Assembly (NCBI RefSeq): GCF_018977255.1
Contig: NW_024704742.1
Coordinates: 50,718,001 to 50,782,000 of the forward strand
Reading direction: 5' to 3'
Length of the DNA stretch: 64,000 nt
Source: Callorhinchus milii
Lineage: Eukaryota
Positions 25,601-40,600 of the stretch are shown here, piece by piece. A model generated the notes under the pieces. It had not been told where the DNA came from, did not search any database, and saw only the letters and a program-made list of their open reading frames with translations. Position numbers and translations under genes: made by a program. Position 1 is the first letter of the stretch. Each line of letters opens with the position of its first letter.

Positions 25601-28600
25601 TTTTTAATTTTATTAAAGAACTTATCTTTAATATCATTAAATAACCAACAACCAAGCTCTTTGTACATGAAAATCCCTCTAACATTAGCTAATACAATGG
25701 CCCCAATGGAATGAGCAGCATGAAGTACAATCTAACTTCCCATTCCACATTACTCTGCTACATTAAATACAACAATCATGCCATCTGCAGTTGAAACGCC
25801 TTGGCTCATTTAGCATAGTTTTCGAACATTTGGGAAGACTTGATTTACTACAATTTTATTCAAAAGGAGAATTGATACAGACGGCACCAAGTTTGGAGAT
25901 GAATGAGTGGGCACAAGTACAGCAGACTTCTATGAAAATAGAAATTTTGATTTTTTTAAAAAAAATGTTGCAGTAGAAATTCTGGAATTCACTATTAGCT
26001 TTAAAAAGGGAGATGGAAAAGCCCAATCCCCTTAAATCCAATGGTCATTTTCCAACCAACACTTTTACTTTCTGAACCTTTGAAGTCTTTCCTCAGCTGA
26101 GAAATGTTCCGATAACAAAACACCACCTGCAACTGTGACTTCCAGGTGTGCTGGGTCGTTGCCCAGCGTGGAAGATGCTATATAAATGCAAGTTGTTGTT
26201 GACTTCTGGTATGCGATCGCAGCAGATTTTGCTTTTGGGCTGGTTCCCAGCCAACAAAATGCTAAATACATACTTATAAGCATTTGAACCTCAAAATCAG
26301 AAAACACAAACATCAAAGTTCTGGTGAGACTTGTAAATGAATCAAAACAAACGCTTCAAATTATGAAGTGATCTGAACTTCTTAGGTTGCTTAAGTTCTT
26401 CTTAACAATCAACTGGTACTTATGTTAAAGCTGTACTGAGACTGGGTAGCAGTATGGAATCTTATTTTTACCATAATCCCAGATTGATACTCATAAGTTA
26501 TATTGATTTTATGAAAGGTTTCCTACTCCTCTCCAAGCTCTAACATCTATAATGTTGTGGAAGCCCAGTTCCTAGTAGGAATAAATAATTCAGTACTGAA
26601 TAACAATCTTAATCTCTGATTACAGTGGCCATGTTTAAAAAATGGATGTCACACAGTAAATGGTGCTCTTCTGAATTTGGTGTTAAAATAGTGAGTAAAT
26701 CATTGGAACTCTGTTCCAATATTTCTCCGTTTTATGTGCACTCTTTCTGCTGTCAAAACCGATCTAAAAACAATCTGTTTCACTGCACCTTCAGCCACAA
26801 ACTTCCCCCCCCCCAACATTGTCCTCCCTGAAAGTCTTTGTAAAGTGATTTGAGACATTCTCCTTAGACACTGTATACACATGAGTTGTTGTTGTTTGTC
26901 TTTCAGTCACTACACAACCATACGAAAAAACAACAGGCTCTACATGACGATAATCATGAGACCAACATGACCATTTGGTTACATTGGCTGTAAGGGTAGC
27001 CAAATATTTTACAATGCTATATCTTGTAAACAAACAGCACGGGGCTTGTTTAAACTGCACTTTAGAATTTAACAGAAAAAAGTACAACTAAAAATGAAAA
27101 ACATGATTGTGTGCACTGTGTCCTATTCCAACTGATACTGTGTTAGTTACCTGCTGCACTTCAGCAGGCCCCAGTGTTAGAGTATTGGAATTCTTCAGAC
27201 ACTTTCGATCAGTGCTCTTCTAACTGCAGTTCAACAATTTAATGTTAGTTCATAAAAGCAGAAGCATGAGGCAAGTGTATTTATGGTTGCATGCTATGAA
27301 TGCATTTATGAATTCCCTGATGATTTCCATAATGATCTTTTGAACACCCCCAAATATTTATAATGACTTCTGTTGTCAAATTTAGTGATAACTCCAGCAA
27401 ATATTTTAAAGGTAGCATTCTATCAATTTACTGATGGCTCCTAGCCCATTTTCACAATAATGCACTATTTGAGGTAATTAACAAACTCTGATTGAGTCAA
27501 ATTGAACAAAAAGTTCAGTTAAGATACTTAATTCGGTTTAAAAAATAGTAATAACATCTCAACTCCTTTCTAAATGCCATTTATTTGATATATAGTAGTG
27601 ATAAGCGCTCTGAGACGCTACCATGCATGGAGGGTGCTAGATAAGTCCAAGTTGTTGCTGTTGATATCTTTTAGCTGCAAGGTTACTATCATCTCCGTAT
27701 TACAAACGTGTACAATTTGCTCCCTTTTCAGGTTGTAATTATTGACATTTATCCACCTAATATACCCATAACACAAATCTAAGAATATTTTCTGAAAATG
27801 ACTCAGTTGCTTGTGAAGGAAAACATATCTGTTGTGCAATCTCTGGACTTGTGCTGTCACAGAGGTTTTCCTTTTCAATAATTGCACAAGCTACATATTT
27901 AAGAAACAAATGGTCAATCATTAACGAAAGCCTACAAAATCTCACATAAACATTTAGTACTTGAAGTTCCTGGTATGAAATCCCCAACAGATCAACATGG
28001 CCAACAATAGTGTTTGTCCTGGATTATTGCTTTTGGCAAAATGGCTTGAAGTTGAGACACCACAAGCTCAATGCTACTTTGGGTCAACCAAATGTTTGGA
28101 GGATTCAACAGGCCAAGAATATGTTTTAGAAGAAATAATGATTTACAGAGAAATCCCAAAAGGTTCTTACAACAGTAGTCTAACAGTTAACTCTTTAGCT
28201 GGAACTGTGAATACTGCAATGGTGGGACTATTATTTTATCGGTCTAGCAAGCAAGAAACATTCATTCAAAAAATAAACCAAGCTCAATTTTCATTATTGT
28301 GACATAAAACTCAAAAAGTGAAAAAGTGGTAAAGAGAAGAAACTTTCAGAACAAAATTACATTTGTATAGCGCATTTCACGTTGGGAGGACATCCCAAGG
28401 TGCTGGACAGACAGAGTTTCAGACCCGACCAGAGGGTCAGGGGAGGGTGGAGGGGGAAGCAGGGAGATCGAAAGCACGGTCGAAGAGGAGGGTCTTGAGA
28501 TGGGTCTTGAAGGAGGCAAGCGATGGGGCGAGGCGGAGGAACTACGGGATGGAGTTCCAGAGGGTGGGGGCAGAGTGACAAAAGGCCCACCGGCCAGTAG

Positions 28601-31600
28601 TGGGGCGAGCGAGGCGGAGGACATGAAGCAGGCTGGAGCCCGCTGAGCGGAGGGAGCGAGCAGGATGGTAGGGGGTTAGGAGGTCGCAGAGGTAGGCGGG
28701 AATAAGACCATGGAGGGCTTCGAAGGTGAGGACCAGGAATTTGATCTGTATGCTCTCTGTGATGGGAAGCCAGTGGTGTCAGGTGAGGATGGATGTGATA
28801 GGGTCACAGAACCTAGTGCGGGAGAGGACACGGGCTGCAGAGTTCTGGATGATCTGCAGCCTATGGAGGGAGGAGTTGGGGAGGCCGACAAGCAGGGAGT
28901 TTGCATAGTCAAGCCTCGATGTAATGAAAGCATGTACGAGGGTTTCGCCGGCCTGCGTGTGTGAAACAATGGCGGAGTTGGGCGATGTTGTGGAGGTGGG
29001 GGAAGGCAGAGCGGGTCATGGCCCAGATGTGGGGTAGAAAGGATAGTTGAGGATCAAACAAGACGCCAAGGTTCCGGACTGAAGTGTGCAACACACTGCT
29101 ATCATTACATATTCCCAGAAAGGGTTTTTGATTTTTTGGTCAGCTGAGTGTCTGACGTATGCAGAAATCGAAATTTCCATGTCTGGAATGGAGTGTGTGC
29201 TCTCTCCCTGGAAACGCACCCTGTTAATTCTGTATTAAAGCGGACATCTAAAGTGATGAGCCTTTGTTGTGAGAACAACTTGATCACCTGGTAGTAAATA
29301 TTCATACAGCAGATAAAGTAGATATTTATACATTGTTAAACATACTGTACATTTTAAGCAAATCTCTGCAGACAGCAATGGCATAAGGTTCCTGCTTCTG
29401 CATTCCACCCGTTGAAAAATAGACAGTCAAATGTATTTAGTTAAAATTCAATACTGTTTGAATGAAATTATATATTAGCAATAAGTTCAGCATATCAAAA
29501 AGGAAGTAACTGCTTAACTGCTACCTGCAGTTGGTTTTGGTTGAGAATAGTAACAGAAGGACAAGCAAGAAGACTAGAGAGTTAATTGCCCTTTGTTTTG
29601 TATGGCTTAACCTATTTAACTTTATAATTATGAAAATCCACATTTTAACATCATTTATAAAAATGACTATTCCTACAGCTGGTATCCCACCTGAACAAGA
29701 CACTTTACAGGCAATTAACTTGCTGCGGGCAGTTTGGTATCCTGGTAGTTACCATCTGTTGTAATACCTCTCAAATTGTCCTCATTCCAAGAGTATATAC
29801 ATGCAGCCACACTGACCACCCGTGTGGAGCGTTACCTTCCCATTGTTATCAGCACTTTATACCTCTTATACCACACAACAAAAAATCATGAACAAAACAC
29901 AAAATACTGCAGATGCTGGAATCTGAAACAAAAACAAAGAGAGCTGGGAAAACTCAGCAGGTCAGACAACATCTATGGAGAAAGGAAAGTGAGTCAACTT
30001 TTTGGGTCCCCGACCCTTCATCAGATGAAGGGTCATGGACCCGAAACATTGATTCACTTTCCTTTCTCCATAGATGTTGCCTGACCTGCTGAGTTTTCCC
30101 AGCTCTCTCGGTTTTTGACAACAAATCATGCTCTGGTTGATAGGTTGAATTCATACAATAATTTACATCACAATTAGTATTTTGTGGATGTAATTTTATA
30201 AGGACTTTAATTGTAAGGGACATGCTTTTCCGTTTCTAAATCATATGAGCATGCACAACTATTTCAAAGAGAACATCACTATTAAACTCGGGAAACACTA
30301 ACAACCGTCATTGCACCCAAATGGAACCACAGCAATTTACAGTACAAAAGGCCATTCAACCCATCGCATCAACAACAACAAATTACATTTGTATAGTGCC
30401 TTTCATATCGGGAGGACGTCCCAAGGCGCTGGTTCAATGCTAGTTCTATGGAGCAATCATTCAGTCCTAGTTCTTTCCCCCATACTTGTGCAAACTACTC
30501 TTTTTAAGATATCTATATCCAAAACCAAGTGCATATAAGACAGCTGCATCCTATGTACCAATAATCATGTTATTTCCTGGTTTATATTGAAGCAGTGTCC
30601 TGGGCATCATATTACTCAGGGTATCAACTGCTTATGGAAAATGGACACTGAAACGCGGGCAAAACATTAAACAAAATTGACACCACAAATTCCAAGGCAG
30701 TGAGTTATATAGTTATATATAAGTTATATAGTTGCCTATATCAAGTTGTTTTCAGTCTTTCCCCTCAGAGAATATGATTGGGACATCAAATGTACTTGTT
30801 GCACAAACAGTGATTGATAACACCAGACTTACTTGATCCAAAAGAACATTAACTGTGTTCCATCAGAGTAAGATGGCAGAGTGCCTCAACTATAAAGTGT
30901 GACACAGTATTCAAATTGGAACACCAGATGGTACCGAATAGGGTAATATGGCAGGGTAGAGCTCCACAACAGTACCATATATACTGCATAACCCAGTGCT
31001 CCGAGAATGTTGAAAAACAGACAGCAGCACACTGCCATCTCTCAAAGTTATCCAATGTTAACCAGTTGTACTTCAGATACAATGCTCAAATTAAGACTCA
31101 AAAGAAAACATCATTAAGCTAAAAAAATTCTGTACCACACAACTCACATACTGATAAATACTTACATTTTATTATAAGTTTATAGATCATAAAATATTGA
31201 TTTTTCAGCCAATATAGCACTACATATCAGGACCTATACAACTAACGGATCCAATCAAAAAATTACTTCCCACTACAGCAGTGCATGAAACTGTCTTTTT
31301 ATAATATAACCACTATTTAATTTGTACTACTGATTAACTGTAATTTTTTTAGAAGTTAAGTTACTGGCTTTCAAAAGTTAAAACACGGAATATCAATAAA
31401 AGGGCCATATATTTATTATGAATAGCAAGAAGGAAATATGCCTACAGATTTCCATTCAGCAGCAGTCTATCAGAGAACATGTAGTAACTCCAAATATGTT
31501 CACTGTGTGCCTGATATGGAGACGAGGTGGAAAATGCATTTGATGGACAACAAAATATTGCCATAACTGTTTCACAAACAGATAATAGGGAACTGAATTG

Positions 31601-34600
31601 CGCAGTTGGTTACTTTCACGTTGAAGGCTCACTATTAGTGTCCTGTAGCTCAGTGGTTAGAGCACTCGCCTGGGTTTCAGAGTCTTGGGTTCAATTCCAG
31701 GCAAGTCAGGGCGAAACCTTGGGCAAGTTTCCTTACTCCACACGCCTAATAATAATCCCTCCAAAACAAAAATTGGTCATTTTCAATCCACGACTGTTTG
31801 TGGGACACTGCTGTGCGCAATTGGCTGCCACGTTTCGCCCACAAATATACAGTCAATTCACTTTATAGCATATTCTGTGAAGCGCTTTGAGATGTCGAGA
31901 AAAGGTGAAAAGCGCTATATCAAATGCAAGGATTATTATTATTATATGATTAAACTTTATCCAGATTAATAGGACGAGCTAAACTTTCTTCCGGCAGTCT
32001 CTACCTTATTTCTTGCAAGTGTGGCATCACAGAATGGCCCTCAATGAGGCCGTAAGGATAGCTGGTGTAAAAAATGGAAAAATTCACACCGATTATATCA
32101 GAATATCTTTTTGAGGTTAAAGTTAAAAACACATATTTGAGGGACTATAGGAAGGTGGATTCTGAGGCTGACCATGATATACCTGAGCTAAGAGCACATC
32201 CAGACTCTGCAAGCTCAGGGTCTCTTGGCTCCCCATCTCCCAGCCGATCGAGCTGAAGATCCTAGTTCTCACCTTTAAATCCTTCCACGTTCTCGCCCTA
32301 CCATACCTCTGTGATCTCCTTCAACCATACCAACTGGGGCACACTCCCTTTGCTCAGCAAACACTGGCCTGCTTCAAGTCCCCACCCTATCCACTCCACC
32401 ATCAGCAGGCAGGCTTTTGGGCCATATTACCCCACTCTCTGCAATGTTCGGGTGCCCACGCAGCACTGTGAAGTGCTTTGAGAAGTCTTCCCAACGTGAA
32501 AGGCACAATGTAAATATAAATTGTATTATAATAATAATCCTTGCAATTGATATATATATGTATTGTATTAATAGTACCATCACAACAAGTGTCAAACTGT
32601 TCAGTGCTTTACCGATATGCTAATCTTGAAGAGCACAATTGGTGAAAGGTTAAAATGGATAGTTTTGGAGGCATTAGCATGTACAGTCACCTCCTACTAA
32701 TTTATTTTAGCTCAGCCTTGGGATGTGATAATGCTGGTATTTTATGCCTATTCTGTGGTTCAGCACCACTGGCAGCACTGTCACTGGACTACCTGTTAAT
32801 ATAATAATAATAATAATAATCCTTGCATTTGATATAGTGCTTTTCACGTCTTCTAGACATCTCAAAGCGCTTCACAGAATATGCTGTAAAGTGAATTGAC
32901 TGTATATTTGTGGGCGAAACACGGCAGCCAATTGTGCATTGCAGTGTTCCTCAAACAGTCGTGGATTGAAAATGACCAATTTATTATTGTGTTGTTTTTT
33001 GGAGGGATTATTATTAGGCTGCGTGTGGAGTAAGGAAACTTGCCCAAGGTTTTGCCCTGCCTGGAATTGAACCCAGGTGTCTCGTTTGCAAGGGCGAGCG
33101 CTCTACCTTTTTTTTAAACAGTTTTAAGTTTAATAATTCAATAATTAATTAATAATCAATTTTGTGCAGAACTTTGGGGAGGACAAGATTGCAGGGCCAT
33201 AGGGAGAGAGAGCAGGGAGTGGGATTGATTTGGGTTGTTATTTTAAAAGAGCCGGCACAGACACGATGGGCCGAATGGCCTCCTCTTGCGCTGTGTAATT
33301 CTATGAACACGCAATATTCATTCTCTTGAATTATTACATGATGCAAGTTCATTGTTGCAAATATCTTAATGCTCCATTTCCTATGAAACTGAACTAGATC
33401 TTTGATTATCATACCAAAGAGTTTATTACCTGCTTTGGACACTGGTTTTTGCAGGAATTAAGCATCGTTTTTGTTTCTGCATCAGCTGTAGCAAATTTCC
33501 TAAATTAAAACACAAGCGAGATGATGACAGATGAAAAACACATGAAAACTCTCCACTCCTGATTGAGTGAGTACACTGAAATGAAAATGTAATTAAAGTA
33601 CTAATTGTTCGGTCAATTAATAGAATTGGAGACCAGATAACTGTATGTTCTTCATTTTGTTTTACTTTCTTTTCCCTCTTCCTGTGGCAACCATGCATCT
33701 GCTGCAAGGCTTCCATCAATGAGGTCTAATTTGCAATATTCACAAACATTAATTGCAATTTCTGTTTGTGTAAATTGTTGTGTATCATTTTGCTCATAGT
33801 TTAATTTTCAAACGCCTCTGATTTGGGCAAATCATAGCCACAAATTCGAAATTGTCAATGTTTGAAAATTAAACCATAAGCAAAATGGGGGGCAACAGTT
33901 TTCCCAACCAGAAGTTGCAATTAACTCAACCAAACAGGTTTGCAAATATTGTTATATTTGGCCCAGATATCAAGCAAGCTGTTTGCAAAGATTTTTGCTT
34001 TTAGGAATGAATTAATTTTCAGCTGTTGACTTTCCCTCCTGGTGAGAAAGTAGACACTTCCATGCCAACAAAGACATCACAAGTCAAACAAATATTCAGG
34101 GTATACTTACATGCACTCTACATAGAGGTTTGCAATCTTGCAATGACATTTTATTCGGATCATCTGTGTACATGGAGGGCACACTCCACTATGACAGGGT
34201 AGAGTGCATGGGTGAATGCAACCTGCAGCACGAGGCTTTTTACATCTCTCTTCACATGTCCAACACTCTTGACCAGCCTAGATTAAATAAAAAAAAGTTA
34301 TATTAGTAAAATGGACACATTATGAAAAGCAAGACACAATAATATGAAATGCAGTTAAAAATCTATGGGATGCTAGAGGAATTCAGCAATACACAGGATG
34401 AAAAGAGAACCCTTTTTGGTTGCTAAGATTCTTTATAGCTGGCCAGAACTGGTAGGAACACAAATTAAACCCATGTATAATACTAATAAGAATCTGATTT
34501 GATATACCACCTTCTACATCAAGAGGAGATCTCAAAACACTCACAGGATATACTGTAACTGTACCTTCAATTGTTCTGGGAAAAACATATGTATTTCATA

Positions 34601-37600
34601 GAGGAAGTAAGAAAACCTGAAAAATTAGATGAAACTGAAGCATCCATTAGGTCTAGGACACAGCCCTATTGGAAATAATACTTCAATAGAGAAAGATTCA
34701 TATACAATTCTTCATTTGAACTAGAATGACAGGAATGATTGGCAAAGTAGGAGCAAAATCATTTAAAGACGTTGAAATTTAAAACCACTTACATGCACAA
34801 AGGCAGAACATGGATCAGTAAAAATAACAGGAATCACATTAAGTTAATTATTATCTTAAAATAAATTTTGTTTTCAGAGTTCCAACATCTGTGGTTTTTT
34901 ATCTCGGCTAATGGGTCATTAACAAATTGTGAAATGGTGAAAGAGATGTTAAGGACTACACATGATGCCAACAATAGGAGATTGTTATCAGATATGTAGA
35001 TTCAGGACCAATATCTCACACTCTTCTTGGTATATTTCAGCCCACAAGCCTGAACTATAACCTTAACATCCTCAAACCTGAACGGTCTCCTTCATTTTCC
35101 CATCCTATCATACAGATTAACTTTATGAATACAGTTAGTGGTTTAAAATAATCATCTGATTAATGTTGCTTCTTGTTATAATCCCATTTAGCTACCTCCA
35201 CTGATAAAGGAGTTTCTTCTCATTTTTGTTCTGATGAAGGATCACACCAACATATTTGCCTAGCTTTTGACCTGTCGTGCATTTTCTATTTGCACACAGA
35301 GTGGGTTTAGAAGGCATCATTCCCTTAAACATGAAATACTGTTCGGGCAAAAACTTTGTCAACTGTGAATGAAAATGAAAATTATGTGCATCTTTGGTTG
35401 GAAGCAATTAATAAGGAAAACAAGCTTCTGGTATGTACGTAGCACCTATTATAAATCAGAAAGACTTTAGACCTAGGATAATCAAACCAAATAGCAATGT
35501 GAGAGTGGGTATCTATTAGGTCAGACTCTACGAAAGAAGAAAAAAACAGCTAGTTGTGGAACAGTAACAATCAGGTTCGTGGAGAAATCCACTTGCAGAG
35601 ACCAATACACTTTAGCTGCAGATAGATCACCAGAAAGCATCCCTTGGGAAGGAGTAGTCTTAAATATTCTCAAACTAATAGAATATTCAATATTCCCTCC
35701 CAAAAAAACCTTTAGAATTCAATAATTCTCACTGTATGAAATTATACCTTTTGTTTGTCATCAACTCCATCCACTATAGTGACTGCATGGCATTCTTTTG
35801 CACAAGTGTGATTTCTACAAGTCAAGAGTCGGCCGCAAAGTCTTTTGCAGGAGAAGGGACCAACAGCATGACAAGGTATTGGGCTCACCTAAAATACAAA
35901 AATAACATGTGCTTTTTGCATTTGAAGTCACATTCAACAATAACTTGTATTTATACAGTGCCCTTTATGCGAGGTGTGTCACACAGGACTTGATGGTGAG
36001 ATCCGAGGCCGAGCCAGAAATGGGAGGGGGTTGGGGGGGGAAGAAACGATTCCAAGAGAACAAATATATTCAGACACTTTGATATTAACACAGCTCATAT
36101 TAGAGATTTCATCTAATTTTACAAAGTACACTTTTAGTATAATAGTTTTATTTTAGGTTTTTAGATTTACTGCAGGTCTTCTTATGATTGAATAGAACCA
36201 CAATTTCAACACACCTTCACATGGAAATTTCAAACTATCTCTGGAATTTCCATGTATAGGTGGGATGCATGAAATTCTAAGTTTGGTTTGGATACTCTTA
36301 AGCATGGTGCTGGGTTTCCGGATGTATCAGACAGACAGCTGACACCCCAAAACTTATACCATGTCTGATTAGAACAATTCAAATAATACATCTTACAACT
36401 GACCAAACATTAAAAAGCATCAACAGCAACACAACAATACCTTTTATTTATGAATATTAAATTCCCACCAAACAATTATTTAAAAAAATGCAGCATTAGT
36501 AAGTCTTAAACAAGGTGTTTATTCCCAATGAGAAAAACAAACAAGTATAATTTGCTTTACAATAATTAGAAACTTTGCCATGTAGTACAATGAAAATGAA
36601 CTTTGCAAATGTCAACTGACAAGAATCTATGAATCAGAAATACAAGCATCTGAACTATTTGGGGAGGTAAATGCTGAACATTTTGCCATTCCTGAAGCAA
36701 AATCTTTGGCTGCCAACTACAAAATATCAATTACAATAATATATTTGAGATTGCAGTTCTCAATCCTCTACAGATATTGGCAGTTTAATTTTCAATATTA
36801 AAGCAATAATTGTATTGACGGATTCTTTCATATCAGGGTGACGTCTCAAAGTGCTTCACATGATTTACTGTAAAGTGTAGTAAAGTGTTGTAAAGCAAAT
36901 TATACAAAAGGAAAAATTCCCTTGTCTTTTCGAGAAGTGCCATGGGATTGATTTAAAGTCTCATCAGAAGGACAGCACCTCCAACAATGCAACGCACCAC
37001 AGCATTGGAGTGTCCGCCTATCAGAGATCAAAATCCTGAAGTGGGGCTTGAATCCACAATCTTCTGATTCAGAGGCGAGAGTGTTACCAATTGAGCCAGG
37101 CTGACACTTTTGCATAATTGTGTGAAAAAATGCAATAGTGCCACTACTTTATCAATGTTTTAATACGATTGACTAGCTATTAATTATGCTATACTTCACT
37201 TTTGAAACGCAAATTATTAGAATAGAAAAGTACAAAATATTGATGGAAATATTTCCATAATACAATTTAGAATCTATGTTAATCATTATAACTCAAAGAA
37301 TACATTGGTCTCCTTTATAATGAGTATTTAGGAAACTGAACATTCTAATCTTGTATTTTTGAAAGGTTTTGTATGTAGAAAGGTTAATGCATTCTTCAAA
37401 AGGTTAACTGTACAGTACAATCCGAACTGTATCCAGTTATAGGTTTTCAAAATTAATTATTTTAATAGCAATGCTACATTTCTACAAGGTTTTCAAGGTT
37501 CAATAAAAAGACGTTCAAAGTAATTTGAAAGTAAATGGAAGAATTCACCAATTTTGCTTCTACCTTCCACCCTCCATCACATTCACATGGTCCATATCTG

Positions 37601-40600
37601 ACTCTTCCCTTCCTCGACTTCACCAATTCCATCTCGGGGCATTGATTATCAACAGATATCTTTTGCAAGCCTACCCAGAGCTACCTGGACTACACTTCCT
37701 CCCACCCCAAAGTCCTGTAAAGTAAACTCCATTCCCTTTTTCCAGTTTCTCCACCTCATCTGCTCTGATGCCACTTTCACACCAGAGCTGAGTCCTGTAG
37801 CTCAGTGGTTAGAGCACTTGCCTTGCAAGCGAGACATCTGGGTTCAGGCAGGGCGAAACCTTGGGCAAGTTTCCTTACTCCACACACCTAATAATAATCC
37901 CTCCAGAACACAAAACAATAATAAATTGGTCATTTTCAATCCACGACTGTTTGTGGGACACTGCTGTGCACAATTGGATGCCACGTTTCGCCCACAAATA
38001 TACAGTCAATTCACTTTACAGCATATTCTGTGAAGCGCTTTGAGACGTCGAGAAGATGTGAAAAGCGCTATATCAAATGCAAGGATTATTATATTATTAT
38101 AAATGCCTTCCTTTTTCCTCGAACGAGGATTCCCATCCACTGTAGAAGGCAGGGCCCTTGACCATGTTCACCCTATTTCCCGCAACTCTGTCATCACTCC
38201 TTCCGCCTCTTCTGAGAACCGTGATTAGGGTCCCCCTAGTCATCACCTTCCACCTCATCAGCCTCAACATCCAAAAAATAATTCTCCGTCATTTCCGGCA
38301 TTTCCAGGGTGATCCAACCACTAAACATGTCTTTCCCTCCCAGCATTCCGAAGGGACCGTTCCCTCTGTGACTCCCTGGTTCACTCAACCATCACCACCA
38401 ACAGTTGCTCTCCTCCTCCCAGCACCATCCCATGCCAGCGCAGGAGATGCAATACCTGCCCTTTCATCTCTTCCCATACCACTGTCCAGGACCCCAAACA
38501 CAGATTTCAAGTGAGACAGTGATTTACGTGTACGACCAGCAATGTAGTTTACTGCATTCACTGCTCATGATTGTGGTCTCCTCTATATTGGAGAGACAAA
38601 ACCCAGATTGGGTGACCGATTTGCCGAACACCTCCTTTCTCTTCAACTGTGCCTTCAGCTCCTCTCGACTCTCTACCCCCTCCTCGCTCCCACCCTTACC
38701 TCCCCTCACCCTGACCATTTCCCCCCTGCTCGTGTCCCAACCCAACTGTCCAGCGCCTTGGGACGTCCTCCCAACGTGAAAGGCATTCTATAAATGCAAT
38801 CTTGTTGTTGTTTCTGTCCATAAGCACAACCCTGAGCTTCCGGTCTCTTGCCATTTCAACTTTCCCTCCCACTTGCACTCTGATCTCCCATTCCACGGTC
38901 TCCTACACTGTTCCAATGAGCCGCAGTGCAAGCTCGAGGAACAGCACCTCATCTATCTGCGAGGGACCTTACAGCCTCTGGCCTCAATATTGATTTCAAC
39001 AAATGCAGACCATAACAGCTCACCTTCCCCCTCCCCCTCTTCTGTGACCATTACATCATCTGGGTCCCAGACATATCTTTTCTCTCTCTGGTCTGCCTAT
39101 TTTGTTGCAATTATCACCCTCCCCACACCTTGTTTGGCATCATTAACACCTCTTTAACCCATCATTCCTCTACCCCATTTTCTCCTTTGACTTCCTTGCC
39201 CTGCCTCCTCCCTCTCTGTTAGTCCTTAAAAGCCTCTCCCCCCAACATGCCCCAGTTCTGACGAAGTGTCATATACCCAAAATCTTGACCCACTTTCCTT
39301 TCTCCATAGATGCTGCCTGATCTGCTGAGTGTTCCCAGCGACTTCTGTTTTTGTTTCAGATTTCCAGCATCTGCAGTATTTTGCGTTTTATTTATGCTTT
39401 TTTAAAAGCCTTACTGAACACGAGTGCCACAGATTTATGTCAGCAAATTAGCATGGATCGGTCATTTAACTATTGTACTTGGTTTATCGTAGAGGTATAT
39501 GCATTTAAAAAATGGGTTAATCAACTACTCAATGGCAAAATATCTCCTTGGCCCTGACAATCTGCTTAGAGCTCGTGTTTTTCCTGTGTAACCCTTGAAG
39601 TCAATGATGAGAAACATTTCCTTAGGGATAATTGCAATTCATTATAGTTTATAAGTTATTTTGCCCATCTAATGACCCCATTGCAATTTTTAAATGTAAT
39701 ATTGTAGCTGCGGGAAATTGCTCCTCTAGCATGACTGTTAAGAAAACAGTGCTAAGTACAATCCATGTATGTTGGGGAAAATAAAACACAATAGTACAAT
39801 CGCATCTGAAAGCTCTCCATTGATGTTGTAAAGTTTTTTGCATTTTTGATATAGCACCTTATCACATCTTCAAGGAGTCTCAAAGTGCCTCACAGAATAT
39901 ACTGTTAAGTGAATTGACTGTATATTCTGTTGGCAAACACGGCAGCCAATTGCACACAGATGTGCCCCACAAACAGTCGGGGACTGAGTGACCAAGTTAT
40001 TATTATCATTTTTTTTTAAAGGGATTACCACCGGAAAATTGATCCCCAATCAACTAACAATCGGGTTCCTACTTACTAGGTAAATAAAGGCGTGTGGAGT
40101 AAGGAAACTTGCCTAATGTTTCACCCTGCCTCGGAATCGAATCCAGATCCTCTCGTTTGCACAGCGAGTGTTCTAACCCCTTAACAACAGGACTCCGATA
40201 AGTTAATACACTCTCCAATAATGAATCAATATGGATAAAAGTACAAGTTTTAATGCCTTCAAACTTTTGCATGTGCAATTATTAAAAAGTTTAAAAATAT
40301 ATTAGAGTTAAACCTTAAGAAATATTGTTTATTGTCTATTTATTGCTTTATTGTTGTACACTGTATAAACCTTTTTAATGCAAGAGCCAGATAATTCACT
40401 GATACACACAGATACAGTGATGGGAAGATCATTCCAATCTCATCTCACATGCTCCATGCCTAGATAAAAAAAAATTAGAAGAAGCTTGGAAACTCTGATA
40501 CATTTACCTCAACAAGGGAATTCTCTTTTTAATTGTTCCACTACTGATGAATCCCAACATCAAAGTTAAGACTGTATTGCTTCTGTACCGTTTACTCTAA

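Larger units (their letters stand above)
37530..39392 (+). mobile_element. Decayed Penelope-like retroelement (RT thumb, GIY-YIG endonuclease and 3' terminus), interrupted by a SINE and an L2 fragment
   Basis: [14 protein letters not shown] at ~37575; [15 protein letters not shown] / [19 protein letters not shown] at 38523-38636; [17 protein letters not shown] at ~38930; terminal ctgacgaag...gatgctgcctgatctgctgag. Confidence 0.85.

Noticed and set aside
36219..36255. Short hairpin acatggaaatt/aatttccatgt
   Set aside because: An 11-bp AT-rich stem that could plausibly occur by chance or be a MITE remnant; no further support.
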